In this document: positions 1 to 9,879 of the stretch, piece after piece | How positions within the stretch are numbered: the first letter of the stretch is position 1 | Layout of the letters: every line of letters starts with the position of its first letter | From: Octopus sinensis | Lineage: Eukaryota | DNA length: 21,726 nucleotides | NCBI RefSeq assembly: GCF_006345805.1 | Contig: NW_021836921.1 | Coordinates: 1-21,726, forward strand | Reading direction: 5' to 3' | Notes under the pieces: generated by a model | What the model was told of the DNA's origin: nothing | Databases searched by the model: none | The model's input: the letters and a program-made list of their open reading frames with translations, nothing else | Position numbers and translations under genes: made by a program

Positions 1-100
1 CGCCAGAGGAGTACCCCCACGTTCAGTAATTGTTCCTTCCGAGGAACTGCTGGCTAGGAAGCATATGTAGCCTGGATTTTACCTGCTCCACTTCCTCAAC

Positions 101-166
<66 letters not shown>

Positions 167-334
167 ACATATATATATGATGTATGTATGTGTGTGTATG
201 TATATTATGTATATTATATATAAGTTCAGCAAATTTAGATTCAAATGAATAGGTACTTAAGTTAGAGCACCAGAATTTGTATGGTGTTATCCATATAAAT
301 CCATGGGGTGATTATAATCCATCTATCATCCATA

Positions 335-401
<67 letters not shown>

Positions 402-408
402 TATCTAT

Positions 409-441
<33 letters not shown>

Positions 442-442
442 C

Positions 443-482
<40 letters not shown>

Positions 483-616
483 GTCTGTCTGTTGTCTGCA
501 TGTATGTATGTATGTATGTATGTATGTATGTATGTATGTATGTATGTATGTATGCATGTCTGTGTGTATGTGTGTATGTTTGTATGCATGTATGAATTTA
601 TCTGTCTATCTATCTA
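101..616. repeat. Compound microsatellite: (TA)n, then (TCTA)n and (TATG)n
   Basis: (TA)n at 101-220, (TCTA)n at ~337-480 and (TATG)n at ~500-553 are directly visible. They explain the YLSI/MYVC ORFs. Confidence 0.97.
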
Positions 617-1155
617 TACTAAGGTGACCATCACCCTTATGATGTCATATTTGAGTCGCATTCATGATTATTATTTGTCAGTAAGTTTAAACGACAAACT
701 CCAACTTTGTTTATTCATCAATCCATCAATCCATCGATCCATCCGCATTACAAACTGCTGTTACTCCAGCAGCTACAGCATAACAGCATAAAAATCATTC
801 ATCAAATAAACTAAGCCATACCATTATCCTCTTTAAGTTACTATTGCAATTGTAGTTTTCAACATTTTAATTTACCATTTTAGTCTCAACGCAGACGACA
901 ATCGTATTTTATATTTCAAAATCTTTTCCCAAGAGTCTTTAAAAGTGTTTCAATTTTCCCCGATGACTTTCGGAAATACATTTTTATTGGACTTATGCGA
1001 GCGTGTAGATGGAGTGGTCGGCTGCATTTGAAAAGTGCAAAGTGAATAATAATGAATATTTCACTGTTAATAATCTACACTGTTGAGTCGTTAAATGTCG
1101 AAATAGAAGTGGGTAGGTGTAGTCATTCATTGAAATAATTACTTATTCATTTCAA

Positions 1156-1235
1156 ACACACACACACACACACACCACACAAACAACACACACACACGCA
1201 ACACACTATATATATATAATTACTTATTATTCATT

Positions 1236-1267
<32 letters not shown>

Positions 1268-1823
1268 ATATATAATATATATAAAATCATATATAAATAT
1301 GTATAAATATATATATATATATATATACATACACATATATGCAAATATATGTGTGTATATATATATGTATATATATGTATACATACATACATACATATAT
1401 ATATAATATGTATTATATATATACATATAGACATACATATGCATATATACATAGATGCGTATATATCTGCATACATACATATAAATTTATACCCGCCCCA
1501 TACATATATATATATATGTGTGTTTGTGTGTGTGTATATGTATATATATGTATATGTATATTTATATATATATGCATATATATATATGTATATACACAAA
1601 CATACATACATATACATATTAAAAATGTAACTAACATAATCCCATTATTCCATTCCCTATGGAATCTCAGACATGAAGCGTCAAATTTAGGAAGAGAAGG
1701 AACAAAAGGAAGTTGTGGCGATAATTCAATTCCGAAGAAGTATTACAAGCACAGACCCACTCCTGCTCACACACGCACGCACCACACACACACACATACA
1801 CACACATACACACACATACACAC
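1156..1823. repeat. (CA)n/(TA)n/(TACA)n microsatellite block
   Basis: Direct inspection. A short unique stretch (~1620-1765) interrupts it. Confidence 0.95.
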
Positions 1824-1889
1824 GTGAATCAATTAGGATGATAGCATGGTTAGGTCTTGCCGAGGCTATTTGATGCTCACCAATAATTG

Positions 1890-2067
1890 TTTCTAATTTT
1901 GACACAAGGCCAGCAATACATCGACTTCAGTACTCAACAAATACTTATTTTATCGACTCCGATTAGGATGAAAGGTAAAGTTGATCTCGGCAGAACGAAA
2001 AGAGCGGAAGACATGCCACTAAGCATTTTGTCCCACGCACTAAGGACTCTTTTAGCTCAACGCCATT
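1890..2067 (-). mobile_element. Degenerate tRNA-derived SINE, family A (same as 4395-5210), tail type B
   Basis: tacttattttatcgactccgattaggatgaaaggtaaagttgatctcggc and ctaagcattttgtcc are the reverse complement of the body of the 4395 element, with substitutions. Confidence 0.8.
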
Positions 2068-2342
2068 AATGCTCACTAATGATAATTACTGGGTTGTATC
2101 GATTCCACCTGAAATACTGGAGGCGATATAACCGTCTGGTTTTTTATTTTTCTGAAGAATGAAAATCAAAGTTAATCATAATAAGATTTAAACTTAAAAC
2201 GTAACGAGCCGACTACTGAAAAGTATTTGTTCCAATCAAACGCTGTAACAATTTTGCCACGAAGAATAACATACTGGACGAGCCCGACTCACAAGGCATA
2301 ACTGGTACTCATTGATAATAATTATTTTGAAAGATAAACCTT

Positions 2343-2546
2343 GCTGGTGCTGATGTACTAATAATCCGCACGAGCTGCAGAAAACGATTGCCAAAGGACA
2401 AATGCGATGAACCTGGGACATTCCAGATACATATGCCAACGAGAAGCTTTATTTTGGGAGAGAAGTAAAATTAACACCAGGCTTTAAAAGTTTCAAATAT
2501 CGCCTGACGCTTCTTGTCAACAGAAACCCTACTGGTAACATTAACT
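2343..2546 (+). pseudogene. Decayed Tigger/pogo-family DDE transposase fragment (frameshifted)
   Basis: Manual translation across frameshifts gives AGADV..NPHELQKTIAKG..CDEPGTFQIHMPTRSFIL/REVKLTPGFKSFKYRLTLLVNRNPTGNI. This is collinear with the Tigger-type motif series ASADV..YPEDLAKII.EGG..N(V/C)DETGL.WK.MP.RTFI.REEK..PGFKASKDRLTLLLG.NA.GD (recalled). Confidence 0.8.
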
Positions 2547-2547
2547 T

Positions 2548-2915
2548 CAGTGGTCAGGGCAGCATATTCGCGGTCGGAGGATCGCGGTTTCGATTCCCAG
2601 ACCGGGCGTTGTGTGTGTTTATTGAGCGAAAACACCTAAAGATCCATGAGGCTCCGGCAGGGGGGGGTGGCGACCCCATTTGTACTCTTTCGCTCCAACT
2701 TTTTCTCACTCTTTCTTCCTGTTTCTTGTCCCCGACTTCCTACGCAACCGCTGAGCCTGGATGCGCATTCATCCATCCGTCGATGCTCTCGGTGTCGGGA
2801 GTTGACCTGCTTTCTCTTCTGCGGGTTTTACGAATAGCAAAGGACCACGTATCGGACTTCTCCCACTACGGACGAAGAACGAAGACCGCTCTACACCAGC
2901 AGCTTCACCGGTCAT
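2548..2915 (+). mobile_element. tRNA-derived SINE, family C, 5'-truncated, with an alternative 3' part
   Basis: 2548-2728 is near-identical to 20698-20879 (cagtggt.agggcagc...ggtttcgattcc B-box-like...gagcgaaaacacctaaa...cctgtttcttg). 2729-2915 differs from the second copy's tail, so the 3' boundary is approximate. Confidence 0.85.
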
Positions 2916-2974
2916 TTTAATATTGCACAAATTAGAACGTATTTTAGACCTATCAAACCAACTTTTATTATATA

Positions 2975-3487
2975 CTAGCAGTATCGCCCGGCGTTGCTCG
3001 GGTTTGTAAGGGAAATAACTATATAAGCATTTTTAGAGAGTTACTTCCCTTATAGATGCCAATTCGGGCTTTCTTAGCCATTTCTGTTTTGGTGTCTTCA
3101 AGCTATGAAGTCGTTGTTCTAAAAGAACGCTGGTCTCCTTGACAACGCTTTACGACGTTGATTTCTTTACACTCCTTCCCACAGCTTCACGAGGGAGGGA
3201 AGAAGGGGGAGAAGCAAACACAGGTGCAGGTGTGACCATGGACGCCAACTCCGCCGCCATCGACACACGAAAAATTATGCATTAAAATGAAATAAAAAAT
3301 GATGTTAAATTATTTTAAAAATCGTAGACTCATCGTAGACGCGCGCTAATACTCAGACGAACTCGATATGAATCACGACTATAAGATACCCGAATTTGGT
3401 TAAACTGCACCGCAAAATGTGGGAGTAGTTAGGAATCTAAATCGAAGGGGACAGACACTCACACAACTACAGTTTTATATATATAGA
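2975..3487 (-). mobile_element. Non-autonomous Helitron (513 bp)
   Basis: On the minus strand it starts TCTATATATATAAAA (3487) and ends with the GC hairpin CCCGAGCAACGCCGGG (3002-2987) followed by CTAG (2978-2975). It sits between A and T with no TSD. A second copy with the same end lies at 21527. Confidence 0.88.
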
Positions 3488-3871
3488 TTTCATTTTAGTA
3501 GTTTCATATCTTCCCTTCCTTTCTCTTCAAATCGTTATATAATTTACGAGCTTTCGCTTGACCAGCTGTTATGTTTATTGGTTTGTTACAAGCGTCTCAT
3601 TATCGATTCGCAAAGGCAGGAGACGTTTCAATAAGATCTATGGAAAAACAATACAAAGGTCAATGGAGTAGTTGCCTCAATAACTGAACTAATTTATTTT
3701 CCTTTCCACTTATCGTTACTATTGATGACGTTACTAGCTTAAATAATAATTGCAAAATGGCTGAGTTTTTCCCTTGCAGCAATCCTGCACGTCAACGTAA
3801 TCTCTTTACATCTATTTTTCGTTCTACTACCTTCATTTTTGCTTGATGCCGTCTTTCTTGTCATCTCGAGT

Positions 3872-4390
3872 AAGGATAATGTATTATCATACATTAAACT
3901 GTATGCGTAGTTAATGTTCAGTAGTGAAATTTATCGAAATGCAAGCAGCGTTGCAGGAGAGATAGCTTTATCTAGCAAAGGCAGAGCAGAATCTGGAGAG
4001 AGAGTAGAGGTCTTTATATTTCAAAATGGGGTAGAAAGGGCTCCTTAGCCGTAGTGAAGGCAATCTATCTAGGGCAATAAATCACTGGGTCCGTAGCTTA
4101 GAAATACTGGGTTGACATCCAGCGGGAACAGCTTTGTTTCATGGAGAAGGAAAGATCTTCTTTAGTACTTGGTTGTACAATGCTTTCCAATGTGTGTAGT
4201 AGTGGCGCGTGCACACATTATTAGCCATTTGAAAAGACTATGAAAGTCTCGACCACGGTCGAACAATGATGATGAATGATGATATTTCAAAAACTGGAAA
4301 TGAGAAAATGAAAGGAATGGGGGAACAGTTTCAATGGGTAGAAGCTGTATGACGTAGGAGAAAGAACTGTACAATTGATGTGAACAGTAA
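3872..4390 (-). pseudogene. Highly decayed non-LTR retrotransposon (CR1/L2/Jockey-like) reverse transcriptase remnant, 3' part
   Basis: Minus-strand fragments appear in the expected RT order: LFTSI, FLKYH..LFDR, TH.WKAL, ETKLFPLDV (cf. ET..V.LDISKAFD), LSYGPSDLLP*IDC (cf. L.SYG...LL.WI..F), GALSTPF, PDSAL (cf. PQGSVL), DNTL (cf. ADDTTL). Many stops and frameshifts. Confidence 0.55.
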
Positions 4391-4394
4391 AAAA

Positions 4395-5210
4395 GGCGGC
4401 GAGCTGGCAGAACCGTTAGCACGCCGGGCGAACTGCTTAGCGGTATTTCGTCTGCCGCTACGTTCTGAGCTCAAATTTCGCCGAGGTCGACTTTGCCTTC
4501 TCTTTCGGGATCGATTAAATAAGTACCAGTTACGCACTGCTGGGGTCGATGTAATCGACTTAATCCCTTGTCTGTCCTGTTTGTCCTCTCTATGTTTAGC
4601 CCCTTGTGGGCAATAAAGAAAAAGAAACGTTAGCACGCCGGCGAGCGAATGCCTAGTGGTATCGTCTGCCGCTACATTCTGAGTTCAAATTCCGCCGAGG
4701 TACGCTATCGGGATCGATTAAATAAGACCTTACGCACTGGTCGATGTATCGACTTAATCCCTTGTGTGTCCTTGTGTCCTCTCTATTTTAGCCCCTTGTG
4801 GCAATAAAGAAATAAGAAACGTTAGCACGCCGGGCGAAATGCTAGTGGTATTCGTCTGCCGCTACATTTAGTTCAAATTCCGCCGAGGTCGACTTTGCCT
4901 TCATCCTTTCGGGGTCGATTAATAAGTACCAGATACGCACTGGGGTCGATGTAATCGACTTAATCCCTTTGTCTGTCCTTGTTTGTCCCCTCTATGTTTA
5001 GCCCCTTGTGGGTAGTAAAGAAATAGGTATTTCGTCTGCCGCTACGTTCTGAGTTCAAATTCCGCTGTAGTCGACTTTGCCTTTCATCCTTTCGGGGTCG
5101 ATTAAATAAGTACCAGTTACGCACTGGGGTCAATGTAATCGACTTAATCCCTTTGTCTGTCCTTGTTTGTTCTCTCTATGTTTAGCCCCTTGTGGGTAGT
5201 AAAGAAATAG
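4395..5210 (+). mobile_element. Head-to-tail tetramer of tRNA-derived SINE family A
   Basis: Four units of ~185-230 bp: 4395-4622, 4623-4814, 4815-5025, 5026-5210. The A-box-like TGGCAGAACCGTT is in unit 1 only. The B-box-like GTTCAAATTCC is in units 2-4 (unit 1 has the variant GCTCAAATTTC). The central gtcgactttgcctttcatcctttcggggtcgat..aagtaccag resembles the Nin/Deu SINE domain (recalled). Confidence 0.93.
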
Positions 5211-5520
5211 ATTGATGTTAATAGTAAGACCAAAGTCAGTTGAGTGGCTGCACGCACAAACACACTGGGAGCAGAGGAGAGAATGGGAAGGTGTTGGCAT
5301 ATTGCTGAGAGCAATTAAAGAACATGGCTATTTGAATTGCTGAACGCATAAATAAGACAGGATTAGAAAAGGTAGCGGGTAGAAACCGGTGAGATTGCTG
5401 AGGGCAACGAAAATATTTGTCTGCTAGAGGATAATAACATAATTTAACGCAGAGGGTTGGTAGGTTGTATTCCGAAGTACGGAGCTTTGAAACAAGAAAT
5501 GTCGAGAGGAACAACTTGCT
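5211..5520 (-). pseudogene. Upstream part of the same decayed LINE RT, on the other side of the SINE tetramer
   Basis: ORF 5236-5514(-) reads ..RFLPATF..IAMFFNCSQQYANTFPF..CLCVQPL. This resembles GPDGIPA..LA.LFN.S...G.FP..WK.A.VQPI, which precedes NYRPISLTS in CR1/L2-like RTs. Confidence 0.55.
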
Positions 5521-5806
5521 GTCGTAAATTATAGCATGAAATTAGATATCATTTCTTGAGGAAAATAAAAATTATTTTCATAGCTATATACATATGGTGA
5601 TTTCAAATTTAAACACTAAAAGCTTCACTGAATATCAATTAATGGCAAAATTACAGGTCGTGTCCATAAATTTGTAGTCATAGTTTACAATTCCCGTAAG
5701 TGCAGAATCCATAACGAGAGTTCTCGTAACGAGAAGGATGCCTTAATATGCAGTGGCCTACAAATAATGGAGTTCCTCTTTCTATCTTCTCCTTTCTATC
5801 TCTCTG

Positions 5807-5837
<31 letters not shown>

Positions 5838-5975
5838 ACACACATACACACACACATGCACACACATGCACACACACATGCACACACACTCAGACACACA
5901 CACATGCACAAACGCACACACGCACATATACACATATACACACATACACACGTGCACAAGCATGCGCATATATAG
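5807..5975. repeat. (CA)n microsatellite, interrupted
   Basis: Direct inspection. Confidence 0.95.
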
Positions 5976-6149
5976 ATACACTATTTAACTATGATTTTCT
6001 CATTCCTTTGATGGAGGAATAATATCGGAAACGTTAAGGATCTTTTCCTTCCCTTTAAACGTTAAGCTAAAACATTTCCCTTTTGTGTTGTCTTTATTCT
6101 GTCTTATAATGTCCATTGCATTTAGTGTATATATATTAATGTACATATA

Positions 6150-6555
6150 GACGCAGGTGTGGCTGTGTGGTAAGTAGCTTGCTAACCAACCACATGGTTC
6201 CGGGTTCAGTCCCGCTGCGTGGCATCTTGGGCAGTGTCTTCTGCTAGAGCAGTGCCGACCAGCCTTGTAGTGTATTTGGTAACGGAAACTGAAGAAGCGT
6301 GTCGTATATATGTTATATATGTAATTATGTATGTGTGTGTTTTGTGTCTTGTTTTGTCCCCCCTAGCATTGCTTGACGACCGATGCTGGTGTGTTTACGT
6401 CCCCCGTCAATTAGCGGTTCGCAAAAGAGACCGATAGAATAAGTACTGGGCTTACAAAGAATAAGTCCCGGGGTCGATTTGCTCGACTAAAGGCGGTGCT
6501 CCAGCATGGCCGCAGTCAAATGACTGAAACAAGTAAAAGAGTAAAAGAGTAAAGA

Positions 6556-6557
<2 letters not shown>
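6150..6557 (+). mobile_element. Near full-length tRNA-derived CORE-like SINE, family B
   Basis: A-box-like TGGCTGTGTGGT, B-box-like GGTTCAGTCCC and CORE-like ggcatcttgggcagtgtctt. It has an internal TA/TG microsatellite and the tail ggcggtgctccagcatggccgcagtcaaatgactgaaac ending in (GTAAAAGA)n. Other copies or tails at 13300, 14665 and 16667. Confidence 0.9.
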
Positions 6558-6594
<37 letters not shown>

Positions 6595-6707
6595 TTATAA
6601 AGTATAGACTATCCTTGAATAGAACTGGCACCCCGCAGCGGGGTGGATTTCGTGTAGTCTGCTTATAAATGCATGAAAATTGCAAGTACAGGTGAACCAA
6701 GAGAAAC

Positions 6708-6929
6708 CACACACACACTCACATACATACAAACACACACATTCAACATACAGTAACACACACACACACACAAACACATATAATCGCGGAAACACATACA
6801 CACACACACGCACACACGCGCGCGTGCGCACGTATAGAGAAATACATTCACGCACAAAATATGTGCACACACAAAGAGAAATATATACATGTATCTACGT
6901 ACATAAAAATATTTGTGCGCGTGATTGTG

Positions 6930-6972
<43 letters not shown>

Positions 6973-6998
6973 TGTGTGGTGTGTGTGTGTGTGTGTGC
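6708..6998. repeat. (CA)n tract followed by (TG)n tract
   Basis: CA-rich 6708-6875 and TG-rich 6926-6998. Confidence 0.93.
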
Positions 6999-7137
6999 GT
7001 CTAAGCTGCTTTATGTAATGTAACTGGCAGTTCTTATTAGAGAAATCAGCTCACGGAACTGACTGCAAGTACTCAAATGAACCAGTACTGACATCCAAAG
7101 TGAACTGGAATTTATTCCAAAAAATACATTTCTTCCT

Positions 7138-7154
7138 ATCTGTCTGTCTGTCTG

Positions 7155-7186
<32 letters not shown>

Positions 7187-7282
7187 TCTATCTCCTAATC
7201 TATCTATCTTATCTGTCGGTCTGTCTCTCTCTATCTCTATCTCCTATCTATCTATCTCTATCTATCTATCATCCTCTCATCC

Positions 7283-7323
<41 letters not shown>

Positions 7324-7767
7324 CTATTTCCTGTCTCCTATCAGCTATCTATGTATCTATCTATCTATCTATGTATATCACACATCTACTATCTATCTAT
7401 CGTAGATAATTTTAGCCATTAATTATGTGTGTATATATGCTGTTTGTTTTCTGTGCATGCTGTTATATATATATATACACATACCATAATTAATAATAAT
7501 ATATACATATTTATATATATGGATATGAGTGAGAGTATGTTGTGTGCGTCTATATATATATATATATACATATACACACACACACCATATATATATAGTA
7601 TAATATAGATGCATTAAAGGAAAACAACAGATAGATAGATATATAATAGATAGATAGATGGATGGATGGATATATATATATTTATATATATCTGTGAGTG
7701 TGTCTGTGTCTGTGTGTTTTCCCACTCTCTCTTTGCTTGTTTTTGTTTCCGGTGTTTTGTTTCTTAT

Positions 7768-7803
<36 letters not shown>

Positions 7804-7920
7804 TCATTCTTTCATTTCTTCCTTTCTTCGTTTTATTATTTAATTCTCTATTTCTCTCTCTGTCTCTCTCTGTCTCTCTCTTTTTCCTTCACTTTCTTCG
7901 CGTCTGCGTTTTTTCCCCAT
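7138..7920. repeat. (TCTG)n/(TCTA)n, (TA)n, (TAGA)n and (CTTT)n/(CT)n microsatellite block
   Basis: Direct inspection. Confidence 0.93.
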
Positions 7921-8055
7921 TCATTTCTTAAACTTCACCTCGGGTACATATATGTCACCACCACCGCACCACCACCGCCACCACCACCACCACCACCATT
8001 GCTAATACTGCTGCTGCTGCTGCTGCTGCTGCTTCTACTGGTGCATGTATTACAG

Positions 8056-8186
8056 TGCAGGTGATCCAGTACAACAAACCCAGTTGCATTAACCGTACTT
8101 CATCACAATGCAACGCCTCCTTCGTCTCTTCTGGAATGTCATTCCTTCTTTCGCTCGCCACCATTTTCTTTTATGTTCAGTATTAG
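8056..8186 (+). CDS. Candidate terminal coding exon of a secreted, GPI-anchored or C-tail-anchored protein
   Basis: The first AG (ttacAG, 8054-55; alternative tgcAG at 8059-60) follows an AG-free zone at 7699-8053, with a branch-point-like GCTAAT at 8001. Translation: (x)QVIQYNKPSCINRTSSQCNASFVSSGMSFLLSLATIFFYVQY*. It has two Cys, the N-glycosylation sequons NRT and NAS, small residues, then a hydrophobic tail and a stop. No upstream exons were identified. Confidence 0.4.
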
Positions 8187-8187
8187 C

Positions 8188-8600
8188 GTCATCGCCGTCA
8201 TCATCGTCATCGTCGTCGTCATTATCATCGTCGCAACCATCAGAGAACATTCTCCTCCTCACCATCAGAGTCGTCATCATTATCATCATCATAACCATCA
8301 CCATCATCATCATCATCATCACCACCATCGTCATCATCACCACCACCATCATCATCATCATCATCATCATTATCATCATCACCACCATCATCATGATCAT
8401 CACCACCATCATCATGATGATCATCATCATCGTCGTCGTCATCATAATCATCATAATCATCATCATCGTCGTCATCATCATAATCATCATCATCATCATC
8501 ATCGTCGTCGTCGTCGTTATCGTCGTTATCCTCCTCCTCATCATCATTATCGTCGTCGTCATCGTCGTGAGCACCACCACCACCACCACACCATCATAAT
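8188..8600. repeat. (CAT)n trinucleotide tract with CGT/CAC variants
   Basis: Direct inspection. Source of the poly-H/I/M ORFs. Confidence 0.97.
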
Positions 8601-8633
8601 CAAGATAAAGTCGAAGATGCTGGTGATGTAAAT

Positions 8634-9023
8634 TATGATGATGATGATGATGACGATGATGTTGATGAAAACGATTGTTGCTACTGTACTCTGGTTGTTG
8701 TTGTTGTTGTTGTTGTTGTTACCATTTACTAATTAAATTAATATAAGTGGCTGGTCTGAAGAAGAAGAAAAAAGAGATAAAGAGAAAGAAGAGCGAGTGA
8801 AGAAGATGAAGAATGCGGGAGAATAGAATGATAATTATGAGAATGAAGGAGATGATGAAGGAGGATAATAGTGAGGGCGATGACGATGATGACGATGATG
8901 ATGATGACGATGATGATGGTGATGACGATGCTGATGATGATGATGATGACGATGATGATGATGACGATGATGATGGTGATGACGATGATGATGATGATGA
9001 TGACGATGATGGTGATGACGACA

Positions 9024-9054
<31 letters not shown>

Positions 9055-9320
9055 CGACGATGATGATGATGAGGATGATGACGATGATGATGATAGTGAT
9101 GACAACGATTAGAACAACATTAACAACACTAATATGAATGATGATTATGATGATGATAATGATTACAATGACAACAGAAATATAAATAAAATTAATGATG
9201 ATGATGATGATGTTGATGATGATGATGATGATGATGATGATAATAATATTAATATAATAATAAATAATACCAATAATTAATAAATAAAATAATAATGATA
9301 ATGACAATAATAATGACAAT
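8634..9320. repeat. (GAT)n tract with GAC/GGT variants, plus (GTT)n and (AAT)n
   Basis: Direct inspection. Source of the poly-D/S/M ORFs. Confidence 0.97.
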
Positions 9321-9321
9321 G

Positions 9322-9537
9322 AGGATTTCAAATTCTGCCACAAGGGCAGAAATTTTGGCGGAAGAAATGAGTCCATTACATCAATCCCAATAGTCAACTG
9401 GTACTTATTTTATCGACCCCTAAAGGAGGAAAGGTAAAGTCAACCTCGGCGGAATTTGAACTCAGGACGTAGTGACTAAAGAAATACCGCTAAGCATTTC
9501 GTCCAGCGTGCTAGCAATTCTGCCAGCTCGCCACCTT
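9322..9537 (-). mobile_element. Full-length SINE family A, tail type B
   Basis: The reverse complement starts aaggtggcgagctggcagaattgctagcacgc..gagttcaaattccgccgaggttgactttacc..ggggtcgataaaataagtaccag. It is embedded in (AAT)n. Confidence 0.9.
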
Positions 9538-9549
9538 AATAATAATAAT

Positions 9550-9606
<57 letters not shown>

Positions 9607-9663
9607 TATAATAATAATAATATCAATAATAATAATAATAAGAAGAAGAAGAATAAGAAGAAG
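9538..9663. repeat. (AAT)n/(AAG)n microsatellite
   Basis: Direct inspection. Confidence 0.97.
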
Positions 9664-9879
9664 TCACGTGGGACTGAAAGAGAATTGGAAGGACAAAGGA
9701 GAGCAGACAGAAGAGGGAACAAAAGAAGGAAAAGTAAGGAGTGTTGGAAGAGATACGAATAATAAGGAGAGTTGTAGACATAACCTGAAAATATTGGATT
9801 AAGAGATAGAGACTAATTAGAAGATATGTCAAAAGTGTGAAACAATGATGTGGTGAAACGTTATCGGTATTACAGCGGC

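Noticed and set aside
1-100. GC-balanced unique sequence at the window start
   Set aside because: Truncated by the window edge. It may be the end of a repeat or exon but cannot be assigned.
3780-3869. 90-nt phase-1 exon candidate (tttttcccttgcAG ... GA/gtaagg) encoding ILHVNVISLHLFFVLLPSFLLDAVFLVIS
   Set aside because: Splice signals look plausible and the phase fits the 8056 exon, but the peptide is low-complexity pyrimidine-rich sequence abutting a decayed LINE. Not supportable without RNA data.
4331-4636. ORFs 4331-4636(-), 4380-4616(+), 13079-13374(-), 2609-2920(+), 6219-6437(+) and 15447-15713
   Set aside because: All lie within SINE copies and are chance open frames of the repeat consensus.
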